Virus record (IMG/VR): IMGVR_UViG_3300021560_000017
Reading direction: 5' to 3' (one strand)
Source of the DNA: an uncultured virus (IMG/VR IMGVR_UViG_3300021560_000017)
Taxonomy: Duplodnaviria; Heunggongvirae; Uroviricota; Caudoviricetes
DNA length: 64,000 nt
In this document: piece after piece, positions 25,686 through 34,460 of the stretch
Position numbering within the stretch: position 1 is the stretch's first letter
How the letters are laid out: every line of letters starts with the position of its first letter
Translations under genes and position numbers: made by a program
The notes under the pieces: generated by a model
Databases searched by the model: none
The model's input: only the letters and a program-made list of their open reading frames with translations
What the model was told of the DNA's origin: nothing

Positions 25686-27368
25686 GTGGGCATACTGAAA
25701 GTACGTCCACCGCCCGCATCGGGCCCAAAGCTCAAAGTTAGAGACGAGCCCCTTCCTTCACGTAACAGTCACCCAGCCCGCGAATTTCAGCGCGAGCAGC
25801 AAGGTTGGAGCGGCCAAAAACCGATCAGGCAGAAGTCGCCGACTGGGAAAGCAGTAGACGTCCACAGGACGCCGCCCCATTCAGTCGAAGCAGAGCAAGG
25901 CATACTTGGATCGATAGCGATGGACTGCCAACAATACCAGCATTTCGATGTGCTGGCGGAAGTAGCTGGCTCGATCCAACCTTGGTTTTTCCATGTTCCC
26001 GCTCACAAGACGATCTATGAGACCATGCTGTCGTTCTACAAAAACGGCACTCAGATTGATCTCATCACTTTCTGTCAGATTCTCGAAGACCGAAAGCTGC
26101 TTGCTGGTGTAGGTGGCCGCCAGTTCGTCACAAGTCTCTGGACGTTCGTCCCGACGGCCGCCAACGTGCAGTATTACGTTGAGATCGTGCGCGACAAGTT
26201 CATCCTGCGCGAGACTATTGCCACAGGCACGCACATCGTTCAGGCAGCGTATGGCGCGCAGGACGATGAGGCGGCCGACATTTTGGCCGACTTCAGCGTC
26301 AAGATTGATCGGATCAAACTCCATGCTGGATGGACGAACGGCGTAAAGCCATTGGGATCGGATGAGCTGGAAAGTCTGGTAGATAAACCAGATCCGAACA
26401 GTCTTGTTGGCAGTCGCTGGTTATGTCGCGGCGGCAATTGTCTCTGGTCTGGCGGTGCTGGTTACGGGAAAAGTACCCTAATCGTGCAGTTCGCGGTGCA
26501 CTGGGCTAATGGCCTGCGCTGTTTCGGGGTTAGGCCAGTGCGGCCGCTGAAGAGCCTGATCATCCAGAGTGAGAATGACGACTTTGATGTCTCCGAGCAG
26601 TACAACGGCGTTCTTAAAGGCACCCAGCTGGACGACGAGGGCCGCCAGACTGTTCGCAAGAACCTGACCTTCGTCCGAGTCGAGGCAAAGAGCGGCAACG
26701 CCTTCCTAGCCCAGCTGGAGAAGTTCCTTAACCTGTATCGGCCCGACATGGTATGGATCGATCCGCTCTTCGCTTTCGCGGGCTGTGACCTGATGAACGC
26801 GGAACGCACTGGCTATTTCCTGCGTGAGGGTTTGTTTCCAATGTTCGTGAAATTCCAGTGCGGCGGCAACATCGTGCACCACATCGCCAAGCCACCAAAG
26901 GAGGAGAAGGCTGAGAAGGCGTCGATTGATTATCAGTATCTGGCGTTCGGATCGTCGGAGATCCAGAACGCGTTCAGGGCCGTCAACACACTTCAGCCGA
27001 TCAGCTTCGCGGAGCAAATCTACAAGCTCGTCTTTTCAAAACGCGGCCGACGCGCGCGCGCCAAGACACTGGACGGCAATTTGACTTCACAGATCTATCT
27101 GCAGCAATCAGATGACCCAACCATGATCTACTGGAATCAGGTCGCGGAGCCCGAAAAACCCGATAAGAAAGTTCAGGTCAAGTACACCGCCGACGAGCAC
27201 ATCCTCGGTTTTATGAGCGTGGCGCACGGGTGGAAAACCAGTGTGCTCCAGCGGCACGTAAAAGCTGAAACTGGGATGGCCCCTGCGACCTTCTACCGGA
27301 TGTGGCTCGAACTCCAGAAGGCCCAAAAAATCAGGGTGAACGAGGACAATGAATGGTTCAAAGTGTGA
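25686..27368 (+). CDS. replication protein: DnaB N-terminal domain fused to RepA/AAA_25-type SF4 helicase
   Basis: PPHSVEAEQGILGS...HKTIY...VPTAANVQYY; Walker A GGAGYGKST; QSEN; Walker B VWIDP; IVHH. Confidence 0.85.
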   Translation: MGILKVRPPPASGPKLKVRDEPLPSRNSHPAREFQREQQGWSGQKPIRQKSPTGKAVDVHRTPPHSVEAEQGILGSIAMDCQQYQHFDVLAEVAGSIQPWFFHVPAHKTIYETMLSFYKNGTQIDLITFCQILEDRKLLAGVGGRQFVTSLWTFVPTAANVQYYVEIVRDKFILRETIATGTHIVQAAYGAQDDEAADILADFSVKIDRIKLHAGWTNGVKPLGSDELESLVDKPDPNSLVGSRWLCRGGNCLWSGGAGYGKSTLIVQFAVHWANGLRCFGVRPVRPLKSLIIQSENDDFDVSEQYNGVLKGTQLDDEGRQTVRKNLTFVRVEAKSGNAFLAQLEKFLNLYRPDMVWIDPLFAFAGCDLMNAERTGYFLREGLFPMFVKFQCGGNIVHHIAKPPKEEKAEKASIDYQYLAFGSSEIQNAFRAVNTLQPISFAEQIYKLVFSKRGRRARAKTLDGNLTSQIYLQQSDDPTMIYWNQVAEPEKPDKKVQVKYTADEHILGFMSVAHGWKTSVLQRHVKAETGMAPATFYRMWLELQKAQKIRVNEDNEWFKV

Positions 27369-27497
27369 CTTACTCTCATCACTCTCATCACTATCACGGC
27401 AGTATTTCTGATAGCTACTCTCACGCCTACCCCTTACAGGGGGTAAGGCGATAGTGAGAGTTTTGGTTGCTATCATCCCGCGAGAGTGAGAGTGAAT
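27369..27497. repeat. iteron-like ACTCTCA/ACTATCA repeats around a hairpin (putative replication origin)
   Basis: direct and inverted copies (27372, 27381, 27390, 27417; GTGAGAGT 27454; GAGAGTGAGAGTGA 27482) directly after the helicase gene. Confidence 0.55.
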
Positions 27498-27502
27498 TGG
27501 CT

Positions 27503-27916
27503 ATGAACCAAACGCAGGATTACCAAAGTAAACTCCGCGATCCGCGCTGGCAGCGACGGCGGCTAGAGAAAATGGAAGCTGCTGGCTGGCAATGCGAGAT
27601 CTGCAGCGATACCGATACCGAACTGCATGTCCATCATCCGTGGTATGAAAAGGAGCGAGAGCCGTGGGATTATCCGCTCGAATTCTTGCGCTGCCTGTGC
27701 AGCCACTGCCATGATCTGGCGCATCTACCTGTTGAAAAAGTCATCGCCTTCGCTCAGCGCCTGCTCGATCAACGGCAGCAGCGCGTGCGCCCACCCGATT
27801 CAGCACGCAGGCAGACAGACTTGATTATTGAGGTGCTCAAGTTTGCGGATGAGCCCGATCTGATCACCGCGCTACAGCAATTTGTGATACGGATTCAAGC
27901 GCCTCAAGGCCCGTAA
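27503..27916 (+). CDS. HNH endonuclease-like protein
   Basis: YQSKLRDPRWQRRR...CEIC...LHVHH...LCSHCH. Confidence 0.8.
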   Translation: MNQTQDYQSKLRDPRWQRRRLEKMEAAGWQCEICSDTDTELHVHHPWYEKEREPWDYPLEFLRCLCSHCHDLAHLPVEKVIAFAQRLLDQRQQRVRPPDSARRQTDLIIEVLKFADEPDLITALQQFVIRIQAPQGP

Positions 27917-28019
27917 ACGCGTCCAGAGCGTTTTCCGTTGTCCTGACTCAATCGCTGGATAAAACGCGCCGCTGGGCTCAAGGGCGGCGTGGGAATCGGC
28001 CACGTAGTAGCGCCTCGGC

Positions 28020-28448
28020 TTATTGAACCGCACCAGATATTCGGCCAGCATTTTGATTCTCTCGCTCATTGATCAGTGCCTCGATCTTGGCCACCATCGC
28101 GGCGTGCATCGCCTCGGCCTGTTCTCGGTTCCCGCTGCAACGCTCCGTAAAGAGCGGTTCCCTAAAATATTTGCGGCCCAAGAATTCCTTGGGTTCCTTC
28201 AGGTATTTGAACGCCATCGTCTCCCACAGGAGCGGCGGCCCTTGGCGCATCATGTTGTAATCGAGCCCCAGAAAGATCGTCGACACCATGTATTCTGGCG
28301 CTTCTTCAGTGCCGCCGAAGTGTTCCTGTTTGACGACGAAATCGCCTGTCTCCATCCACATGGCCCACGTTAGCAGATCGGGCTCAGGCACAACCTTGCC
28401 GTCAGGGCGGACGATGTAGCGTCCAGTTGGATTATTGGAAGTAGCCAC
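28020..28448 (-). CDS. conserved phage hypothetical protein
   Basis: VSTIFLGLD...PLLWETMAF...AEAMH family pattern. Confidence 0.7.
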   Translation of the reverse strand: MATSNNPTGRYIVRPDGKVVPEPDLLTWAMWMETGDFVVKQEHFGGTEEAPEYMVSTIFLGLDYNMMRQGPPLLWETMAFKYLKEPKEFLGRKYFREPLFTERCSGNREQAEAMHAAMVAKIEALINERENQNAGRISGAVQ

Positions 28449-28522
28449 TGCAGAACGCCTTTGCCCAGATTGTCCCGATCAGCGCGCCAATGGCAGCCCA
28501 GAACGCGAGTTCGAGCAGGCGG

Positions 28523-28957
28523 TTAAGGGGGATCTTCATTGTTGGAGGGTTTCGGGCGTGGCCCTTGCTTCAGCAGTTTGCGAAATTCGGAATATGGCAT
28601 CTTGCCGCGCTGCAGCGCCACGTTGAGTCCATAGTTTTTGAGCGGCTCAGCGGTGTCGTCCTCGCGCTTGTCCACGAATTTGACCGTGATCTTTTGCACC
28701 TTCATCTCGATCAGGTAGGTGATCATTTGCTCCAGCTGCTCAGCGACCTTGATCCAGCCCTCGGTGGTGCCATCCGCTGGGAACTCGATGAACGGCCGCG
28801 CCTCCTGATGGAAGACCATTGGAATCATGTCGTACTCCATGACGGTGGCGTTGAGATCCTTCTCCTTGGCGTAGGCTTCGGCGTCCACGGCCGACTCGAA
28901 GAAAATCGGCTTGAGCACAACAGCCCCGTCCGCTGGGAGTGGCGCGTAAATCTTCAC
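28523..28957 (-). CDS. hypothetical protein
   Basis: ORF in the minus-strand operon. Confidence 0.55.
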   Translation of the reverse strand: MKIYAPLPADGAVVLKPIFFESAVDAEAYAKEKDLNATVMEYDMIPMVFHQEARPFIEFPADGTTEGWIKVAEQLEQMITYLIEMKVQKITVKFVDKREDDTAEPLKNYGLNVALQRGKMPYSEFRKLLKQGPRPKPSNNEDPP

Positions 28958-28958
28958 T

Positions 28959-29186
28959 TTATTTGAGTCCCACGGGCGGCGCGGCTGGTACGGGGAGCAG
29001 GATCTTTTTCAGCTCAGCAGCTTCCTTGGCTTGCGCCTGCCTGTGCGCTTTCCAGCGCTTATTGGCATTCTGTCGCATCAATTCGCGGCGCTTCTCAGTG
29101 CCTTTGCCAGCCTGACCGCCTTTAGATCCGATCTGCCGATACCACCTACGCACGGCTTCGGGAATGTCTTTTTTGGTCTTTGGCAT
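28959..29186 (-). CDS. small basic protein with IGSKGG motif
   Basis: YRQIGSKGG...ANKRW pattern. Confidence 0.6.
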   Translation of the reverse strand: MPKTKKDIPEAVRRWYRQIGSKGGQAGKGTEKRRELMRQNANKRWKAHRQAQAKEAAELKKILLPVPAAPPVGLK

Positions 29187-29302
29187 GGCTTTTTCTTAGC
29201 ACAGAAGGTGTGCTTGCGTCAAACGGGACGCCCAGTTTCCGAGCGATGGCGGCCGCGTTTTTCCTGAGCCGCCCACTTCGGTTTGTCGTCGTGTGGCTCC
29301 TG

Positions 29303-29677
29303 TTATGGTGAGGTCGTTTCATAGAGGGTGAGCCTGTAGAGTGGAGTTTCGCGGGCGTGGGAGATTGGATCTTTCATCTGCCTGTGCTCGCCAGTCTTGT
29401 AGATGATCTTCTGCGCGAGAAGTGAATTGATCAAGCCGCCCCAAGCATTGTGATGCTTCGGATGCCCGCACGTCTTCACACAGTGGAATCGAATGTCTTC
29501 GCCAACGAAGTCCACAGTCCAGCGGAGCCGCCGCACCGAAGCGACGCAGCACGCCAGCCACTGCTCGTTGTGGCTGAGCACGCGCTTAATTCCTTCATCG
29601 CGGCCGCCCCGTCCGCCAGCGGAACTGGATCTGAACAGATCGGGCTGATCGCCGTCACTGTTCTTTTTGCGTTTCAC
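29303..29677 (-). CDS. conserved phage hypothetical protein (winged-helix-like)
   Basis: GRDEGI...FVGEDIR...PKHHNAWGG...SHAR. Confidence 0.65.
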   Translation of the reverse strand: MKRKKNSDGDQPDLFRSSSAGGRGGRDEGIKRVLSHNEQWLACCVASVRRLRWTVDFVGEDIRFHCVKTCGHPKHHNAWGGLINSLLAQKIIYKTGEHRQMKDPISHARETPLYRLTLYETTSP

Positions 29678-29943
29678 AGATCCATGTCCTTGAGGTAGCG
29701 ATTGAGATCCTTTTCCAGCGTACCCCGCAGTGACTTCAGGACGGCCGTAGCGGTGTCGCTCGTGCCGTCCCGATAGTCCATCCTGCGGATCGCAGCTTTC
29801 TTCAACCGATAGCCAATCTGGCCGCCAGTGAGTTTGGTGTGCCTCTGGATGCAGCGCGTGGAGAATCCGAGCGAGCCCAAAAAGGCGCACTCGAAGTCGT
29901 CGGCGATGTCGAAGAAGTTAACTGGCCGAGGCTTAGCTTTCAT
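29674..29943 (-). CDS. putative HTH DNA-binding protein
   Basis: LGFSTRCIQRHTKLTGGQIGYRL fits an HTH pattern. Confidence 0.5.
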   Translation of the reverse strand: MKAKPRPVNFFDIADDFECAFLGSLGFSTRCIQRHTKLTGGQIGYRLKKAAIRRMDYRDGTSDTATAVLKSLRGTLEKDLNRYLKDMDL

Positions 29944-30491
29944 TCGCCTCCCATCAGCTCGTTGAACTCTGCCTGATGCTCTGGCAACGCTGGCGTGCCC
30001 ACGTTATCGACCAATCGTTTGGCGACTGGTTTAGTGAGTTTGCCACGCTTCCATTCGATTGCGGCGCGATCCTCAATCGCGGCCACCATGCCGCGCGCGC
30101 TGCGGGTTCGAACCGCAAAATACGCTAGCGCCATCGGATCGTTCTTCATCCCCTTCATGCTCAGGAGCCTGACGCCGAATGCGCCCTGACCCATGCCGCC
30201 TCCAGCGATGCACAGAGCGATCTCGTTGGGCCGCTTTGGCTCCAGACGATGGTAGTTGTCGAAGTAAAACTTCGTCACCAGAATCGTGCAGACGCCTTTG
30301 CGGCGCAGATGTTTTTCTGCGGCGTGCCAGCATCTCCTGATCTCGTCGGTGAAGAGCGCGACCTCGGCCTTGGTTGGTTTGACGGCAGTCAGAATCCCGA
30401 AGGCGATCTCGCGATACGTCAGACGGTAATTCCCGTTCTCGAACGACAGGCGCAGAAATTGCGCCAGCCGCTTTGGCTTTAGGACGTACAT
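29940..30491 (-). CDS. hypothetical protein
   Basis: ORF in the operon. Confidence 0.55.
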   Translation of the reverse strand: MYVLKPKRLAQFLRLSFENGNYRLTYREIAFGILTAVKPTKAEVALFTDEIRRCWHAAEKHLRRKGVCTILVTKFYFDNYHRLEPKRPNEIALCIAGGGMGQGAFGVRLLSMKGMKNDPMALAYFAVRTRSARGMVAAIEDRAAIEWKRGKLTKPVAKRLVDNVGTPALPEHQAEFNELMGGE

Positions 30492-30495
30492 GGCT

Positions 30496-31122
30496 TTAGG
30501 AGAGGAGTAGCCCCGCAGACTCACGCAGGAGCGCGTCCGAGAGAAGTTTCTTTGCCTTGTTGAGTCGGCGCATGGCGTCGTTGCTTCCGCCATCCTTGTC
30601 GGGATGAAGTTTCACCGACAGCACTCGGAACCCAGTGTTGATGATCCTGTCGGCCAGCTCCAGCACCAGTTCGTTCTCTTCTTTGACTGGCTGGCGCTTG
30701 ACCTCGAATGGTTTCACCTCCTTGACCTCGTCATCGACGATCTGTCGGTAACGATCACGCGGTCGATTGACGTCCACGACGTGCGGTGCCGTGACACTGC
30801 GCAGCGTTGGCAGTTTCGTCCCAGCCGTGGTAGTTGGCCGCTTCAGTGATTTGCGGTAGGTAATATACTCCAGCCGCTGACTTCGCCTGATGCTGGGAAA
30901 CGTCTTGTCACAGAAGCGCGCGAATTCCTTCCCGCCATTGTCCCCCTTGTCGAATGTCAGCCGCAGCTGGATGAAGAGTTCGCCCAGCTTGTGATAATGG
31001 ACGCGCCGTAGCTGCTCCATCGAACTGTAGCGCTTTGCGTTCGCCTCTTGGATTTCCTCCACGATGGCTTCGCGCGTGCGCTGTAGATCTCCTGCTTTGT
31101 CTACTGATAATGCTTTGTTCAT
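30496..31122 (-). CDS. protein with C-terminal J-domain-like (HPD) motif
   Basis: GFRVLSVKLHPDKDGGSNDAMRRLNKAK. Confidence 0.7.
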   Translation of the reverse strand: MNKALSVDKAGDLQRTREAIVEEIQEANAKRYSSMEQLRRVHYHKLGELFIQLRLTFDKGDNGGKEFARFCDKTFPSIRRSQRLEYITYRKSLKRPTTTAGTKLPTLRSVTAPHVVDVNRPRDRYRQIVDDEVKEVKPFEVKRQPVKEENELVLELADRIINTGFRVLSVKLHPDKDGGSNDAMRRLNKAKKLLSDALLRESAGLLLS

Positions 31123-31155
31123 TTTGTTTTTTGGTGTGGTTTTTTAGTGTTTTGG

Positions 31156-31545
31156 TTACGGCAATTTCAGCGCAGTCATAGTTCCACGTAGAACTTTTGC
31201 TGCGACGAGGATTGCCTTTGCCGCGTCTCCGAGGGGATCAGCCGCCTCCACAACTGGCGCGTGAGCACCGTTAAGGAGCGACTGCTTTTTCAGCTTGCGC
31301 CGAAGCGCCCAGCTTTCCTTTGCCGCTTTCGACATCTTCTTTTTGAAAGCCGCCTGTTTAGCGTAGCGCCGACGATACTCTGGATCGTCAGACGGGTAGC
31401 TGTGCTTGCGCTTCTTCGGCCTGAAGTTTCGGCTGGTGTCCCAGCCTTTGCCGCTGTGGGAGCGGATCTTGTGCATCCGCAGCCCCTTCACGCGATCAAA
31501 CGATTTCTCGCACTTGTCGCATTGGAATGTGAGCAGCGCTGGCAT
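31156..31545 (-). CDS. C2H2 zinc-finger basic protein
   Basis: FQCDKCEKSFDRVKGLRMHKIRSH. Confidence 0.7.
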   Translation of the reverse strand: MPALLTFQCDKCEKSFDRVKGLRMHKIRSHSGKGWDTSRNFRPKKRKHSYPSDDPEYRRRYAKQAAFKKKMSKAAKESWALRRKLKKQSLLNGAHAPVVEAADPLGDAAKAILVAAKVLRGTMTALKLP

Positions 31546-31805
31546 TACACAACCCCCGCTGCCACTTTACCGATCAGACCGACGAGCCTGCTTTCGAGCC
31601 CGCTGATGTGACCGAGGATGTTGGGGACGTCGATCTCGTGGCCGAGCGTGCCCAGCTGTTCGTCTTCGAGCAGGAGTGAGAGCAGGCGCGCCTTGTCGCG
31701 CGCGTTCAGTGTGAGACCATGTTCTTTCGCGGTCTTCCACTTTGCGGTCAGCTCATCGATTTCCTGTCGTCGTTTGATTATTTCTTCTGCAGTTAGTGGT
31801 TTCAT
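31545..31805 (-). CDS. hypothetical protein
   Basis: first gene behind the repeated promoter motif. Confidence 0.55.
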   Translation of the reverse strand: MKPLTAEEIIKRRQEIDELTAKWKTAKEHGLTLNARDKARLLSLLLEDEQLGTLGHEIDVPNILGHISGLESRLVGLIGKVAAGVV

Positions 31806-31840
31806 AAGTGATACGTATACATGAGCACAGGTGCTGTCAA

Positions 31841-32749
31841 CTAATTTTCTGGATATTCCAAAACCATCCCGTAATTGTTGACGCCTTGTGGGATGACGAC
31901 GCCTTCCTTGAGTTTCAGTTTGTTGTTCTTTCTGAACGCGCTGTAGTCAACGTGATGGTGCCAGCGGTTGAAGCGCCAGACGACCTTCGCCACGTCTGGA
32001 TGCATGGTCGCTAGCATCTTCGATTTCTCCAGAGTCCCTTCCTTCTCGTAAAACTCGGCGGTGTTGCCGCCGCGCACCTTGCGGGTAGTCGCCTTGTCGG
32101 CGAGGAACGCCTGAAAGTTGATCGTGCAGTAGCCGTCTTTCAGCGCGCGCAGCGAGAGATCCGTGTCTTCATTGTAGCGGCCGCGCCAGCGAAACGGCAG
32201 ATCGTTGTCGATGAGCAGGCAGCTGTAGATCCGCGTGTTGAGAATGTAGGGCGGCCACGATTCCTTGCGTTGACAGAACTTCACGTAGTTGAAGCCAGCG
32301 ATGCCGATGTTCTCGTAGCGATCCACGAAGTCCTCGGCCGCCGCGAAAATGGCACCTGTCTCGCTGACGGCGTTCAGGTTGTAGCCAGCGCGGACGAAGT
32401 AATAAATGTTGTCGTCCATGACCCAGTGGCGTTTCGGCCGCAGCGCGCCCTTCCAAGCGTTGGCGGCGAGGTGCCATGCGTAGTTGCGCGCTGGCCCCGG
32501 GCCCAGCGACTTGAGGTCTCCCAGATCATCGCACGTCTCGTAAGCGTCCTTGTAACGCTCTGGCAGGGTCACCAGCTCGACATTGATGTTCCTCGGATAT
32601 TCGCCCGCCATCGCGGCTTTGTAACGGTCGTACTCGGTATCCTCCACGATCACGGTGTAGGGAACGTCCATCTTGTTCAGAGCGCGCATGGTATGGCGCT
32701 GGGCCCAACGTCCCTTCGAGACAATGAAGATCGGATATCGCGGCTGCAT
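31841..32749 (-). CDS. GT-A glycosyltransferase, TAGT/GREB1-like (phage DNA-modification type)
   Basis: YPIFIVSKGR...GPARN...HWVMDDNI...NTRIYSCLLI...WRGRYNEDTDLSLR...GGNT. Confidence 0.8.
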   Translation of the reverse strand: MQPRYPIFIVSKGRWAQRHTMRALNKMDVPYTVIVEDTEYDRYKAAMAGEYPRNINVELVTLPERYKDAYETCDDLGDLKSLGPGPARNYAWHLAANAWKGALRPKRHWVMDDNIYYFVRAGYNLNAVSETGAIFAAAEDFVDRYENIGIAGFNYVKFCQRKESWPPYILNTRIYSCLLIDNDLPFRWRGRYNEDTDLSLRALKDGYCTINFQAFLADKATTRKVRGGNTAEFYEKEGTLEKSKMLATMHPDVAKVVWRFNRWHHHVDYSAFRKNNKLKLKEGVVIPQGVNNYGMVLEYPEN

Positions 32750-32777
32750 TTTCGGATTTGGTTTCTGCCCGGACTCT

Positions 32778-33053
32778 TTAGTGTGGGGAATTTTGAGCTA
32801 CCTTGAACATCGACGTATCCCCTGCTTGGACTCGCCTCGCGATCTCCTTCAGATCGGCTGGGATGTCGTCGTCGAGCATATCGGCCGTGTATCGCAGCAT
32901 CGCTGGCAGCCGCGCCAGCATCAGCGCGGGAGCCTGCACGGAGAAGCCCATCCCGTGCTCGCCGTCGAGAATGATGAGCACCGCGCCTGAAGCCTTAGCC
33001 TTCTCCCGTGCCTCGGTGAGAAGATCGTCGTATTTACCTTTTCCTATTGCCAT
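32778..33053 (-). CDS. conserved phage hypothetical protein
   Basis: GKGKYDD...G.GFSVQ pattern. Confidence 0.65.
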   Translation of the reverse strand: MAIGKGKYDDLLTEAREKAKASGAVLIILDGEHGMGFSVQAPALMLARLPAMLRYTADMLDDDIPADLKEIARRVQAGDTSMFKVAQNSPH

Positions 33054-33324
33054 TTTGTTCCTTCCATTTTTGTTCCCAGCATTTGTCTGTTGGCTTTTTC
33101 AAGAAGCCGATCCTGTAAAAAAGATTGAGCTGAAAATTGCGCGAGCCGCGACAGAGCCGCTCAGGTTTCCCAGTGTTCTCATTGATCGCGTTGCTCCCAG
33201 TGGAATGACAGAGCCGCGACGTTTTGAGTGACGCCGTCTCCAGATAGCCGCGCAGATGCGCGTATGGCGATCCCTCGCGCCACGGGCACGTCGCACACAT
33301 CTCTTTGTTGACTGGCTGGCTCAT
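33034..33324 (-). CDS. Cys-rich protein (CxxCPW...CH...CRG)
   Basis: metal-binding motif spacing. Confidence 0.6.
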   Translation of the reverse strand: MSQPVNKEMCATCPWREGSPYAHLRGYLETASLKTSRLCHSTGSNAINENTGKPERLCRGSRNFQLNLFYRIGFLKKPTDKCWEQKWKEQNGNRKR

Positions 33325-33560
33325 TCTGTGGGTGAAGTTTCCCTAACTTGAACATCCCATTTGCGCGGCCTGAATGCGTTGCCACACGGGACGTGTTGCT
33401 CAGCGCCGTCGGCGAACGTCAGCCAGACCGATCCGTAAACGAAGCTGGGCGGCCCTACCAGCGTGACTTTGGTTACCCGCTTCCACGGATCGCCGTCGTT
33501 GAATCTAACGTCCTTGTGGAGCCACCAGCGCTCGTAGCGCGCCTGATAATTGGTCTTCAT
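33321..33560 (-). CDS. hypothetical protein
   Basis: coupled ORF. Confidence 0.5.
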   Translation of the reverse strand: MKTNYQARYERWWLHKDVRFNDGDPWKRVTKVTLVGPPSFVYGSVWLTFADGAEQHVPCGNAFRPRKWDVQVRETSPTE

Positions 33561-33808
33561 TTCTTCTCGTCCTTCCAGACTGGGTACTTGACCCCGCGCG
33601 CGAATGTCGGATGCCAGATCGCCTTGGTAGCTTTCGTCACGTTCTGACCGATCTTCTTCCCGAAGTCCTGTAGATCCGCTTCGCTCGCAAAGCGCACGAT
33701 GATCTTGGCATAGGGCTCCTTCTTGCCCTGAATGAATTCAGGCATGCCCTGCCAGTGCTTCTCCCAATCACGCTCGACTGGGAGAAGCTCGTCACTGTTG
33801 CCGCTCAT
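33557..33808 (-). CDS. 'WxGMPEF' protein, a frequent neighbour of phage TAGT glycosyltransferases
   Basis: WQGMPEF...IVRF...DF...IGQ...IWHP; association recalled from memory. Confidence 0.65.
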   Translation of the reverse strand: MSGNSDELLPVERDWEKHWQGMPEFIQGKKEPYAKIIVRFASEADLQDFGKKIGQNVTKATKAIWHPTFARGVKYPVWKDEKK

Positions 33809-34086
33809 TGGTCTTTGTCTGGCAGCCAGTTGAAGTAGAACCGTGGGCCGTGCTGGAATTCCAGCGAACCCCTTTGGCCTGTCTTCCTGTCTTTAACGAC
33901 AACGAACGGGGCCATGAAGCCGATCACTTCGAACTGCTCCAGTAGTTGCGCCTTGTCCCAGATTTGGCCATGCTTCTTTTCCAGCTCGGCCCGCTCGGAC
34001 ATCGGCGCGTTTAATTCAGCCTGTCTTACTCGTCTTGCCTGCTCTGTGGTGTCTTCGTTTTGCATATTCATCTGGTTGCTGCCCAC
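33805..34086 (-). CDS. conserved hypothetical protein
   Basis: GQIWD...FEVIGFMAPFVVV...GSLEFQHGPRFYF. Confidence 0.7.
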   Translation of the reverse strand: MGSNQMNMQNEDTTEQARRVRQAELNAPMSERAELEKKHGQIWDKAQLLEQFEVIGFMAPFVVVKDRKTGQRGSLEFQHGPRFYFNWLPDKDQ

Positions 34087-34114
34087 GCTCGCGCAGGGGC
34101 AGCGTATCAGACGA

Positions 34115-34423
34115 CTACAGTCGTTTGGTTCCTAACGGGTTGACACATCCGCCGCAGTACATGCCCAGATGCGGGTAGTCTGGCCCTTTCATTGCGCCGC
34201 GAGCGTGTGCCAGCTCGTGATGCAGTGCAGCCTCAATTTGCTGCGGGTTCATGCGACGGGTTTTGATCTTGATCGTCTTGTTCTCCGTGTCGGTGACGCC
34301 CATGATTGCGCCCAGAACGAATCCGGGCGTCTCCGCGTCTTCACAATACGGCACGAATCGCACGGTGTAGCCTTCTGCGCGGATCTCGCGCAGCCAGCGC
34401 CGTGCTTTCTTGGTGAGCTTCAT
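34115..34423 (-). CDS. small HExxH metallopeptidase-like protein
   Basis: ALHHELAH; SD AAGGAGGT. Confidence 0.65.
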   Translation of the reverse strand: MKLTKKARRWLREIRAEGYTVRFVPYCEDAETPGFVLGAIMGVTDTENKTIKIKTRRMNPQQIEAALHHELAHARGAMKGPDYPHLGMYCGGCVNPLGTKRL

Positions 34424-34460
34424 TCGGCTTCACCTCCTTTCTGTAACGGCCCCTTTGGGG

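Noticed and set aside
27369..27497. short repeats as a mini-CRISPR array
   Set aside because: Units are only 7-9 bp, in mixed orientation, with no unique spacers.
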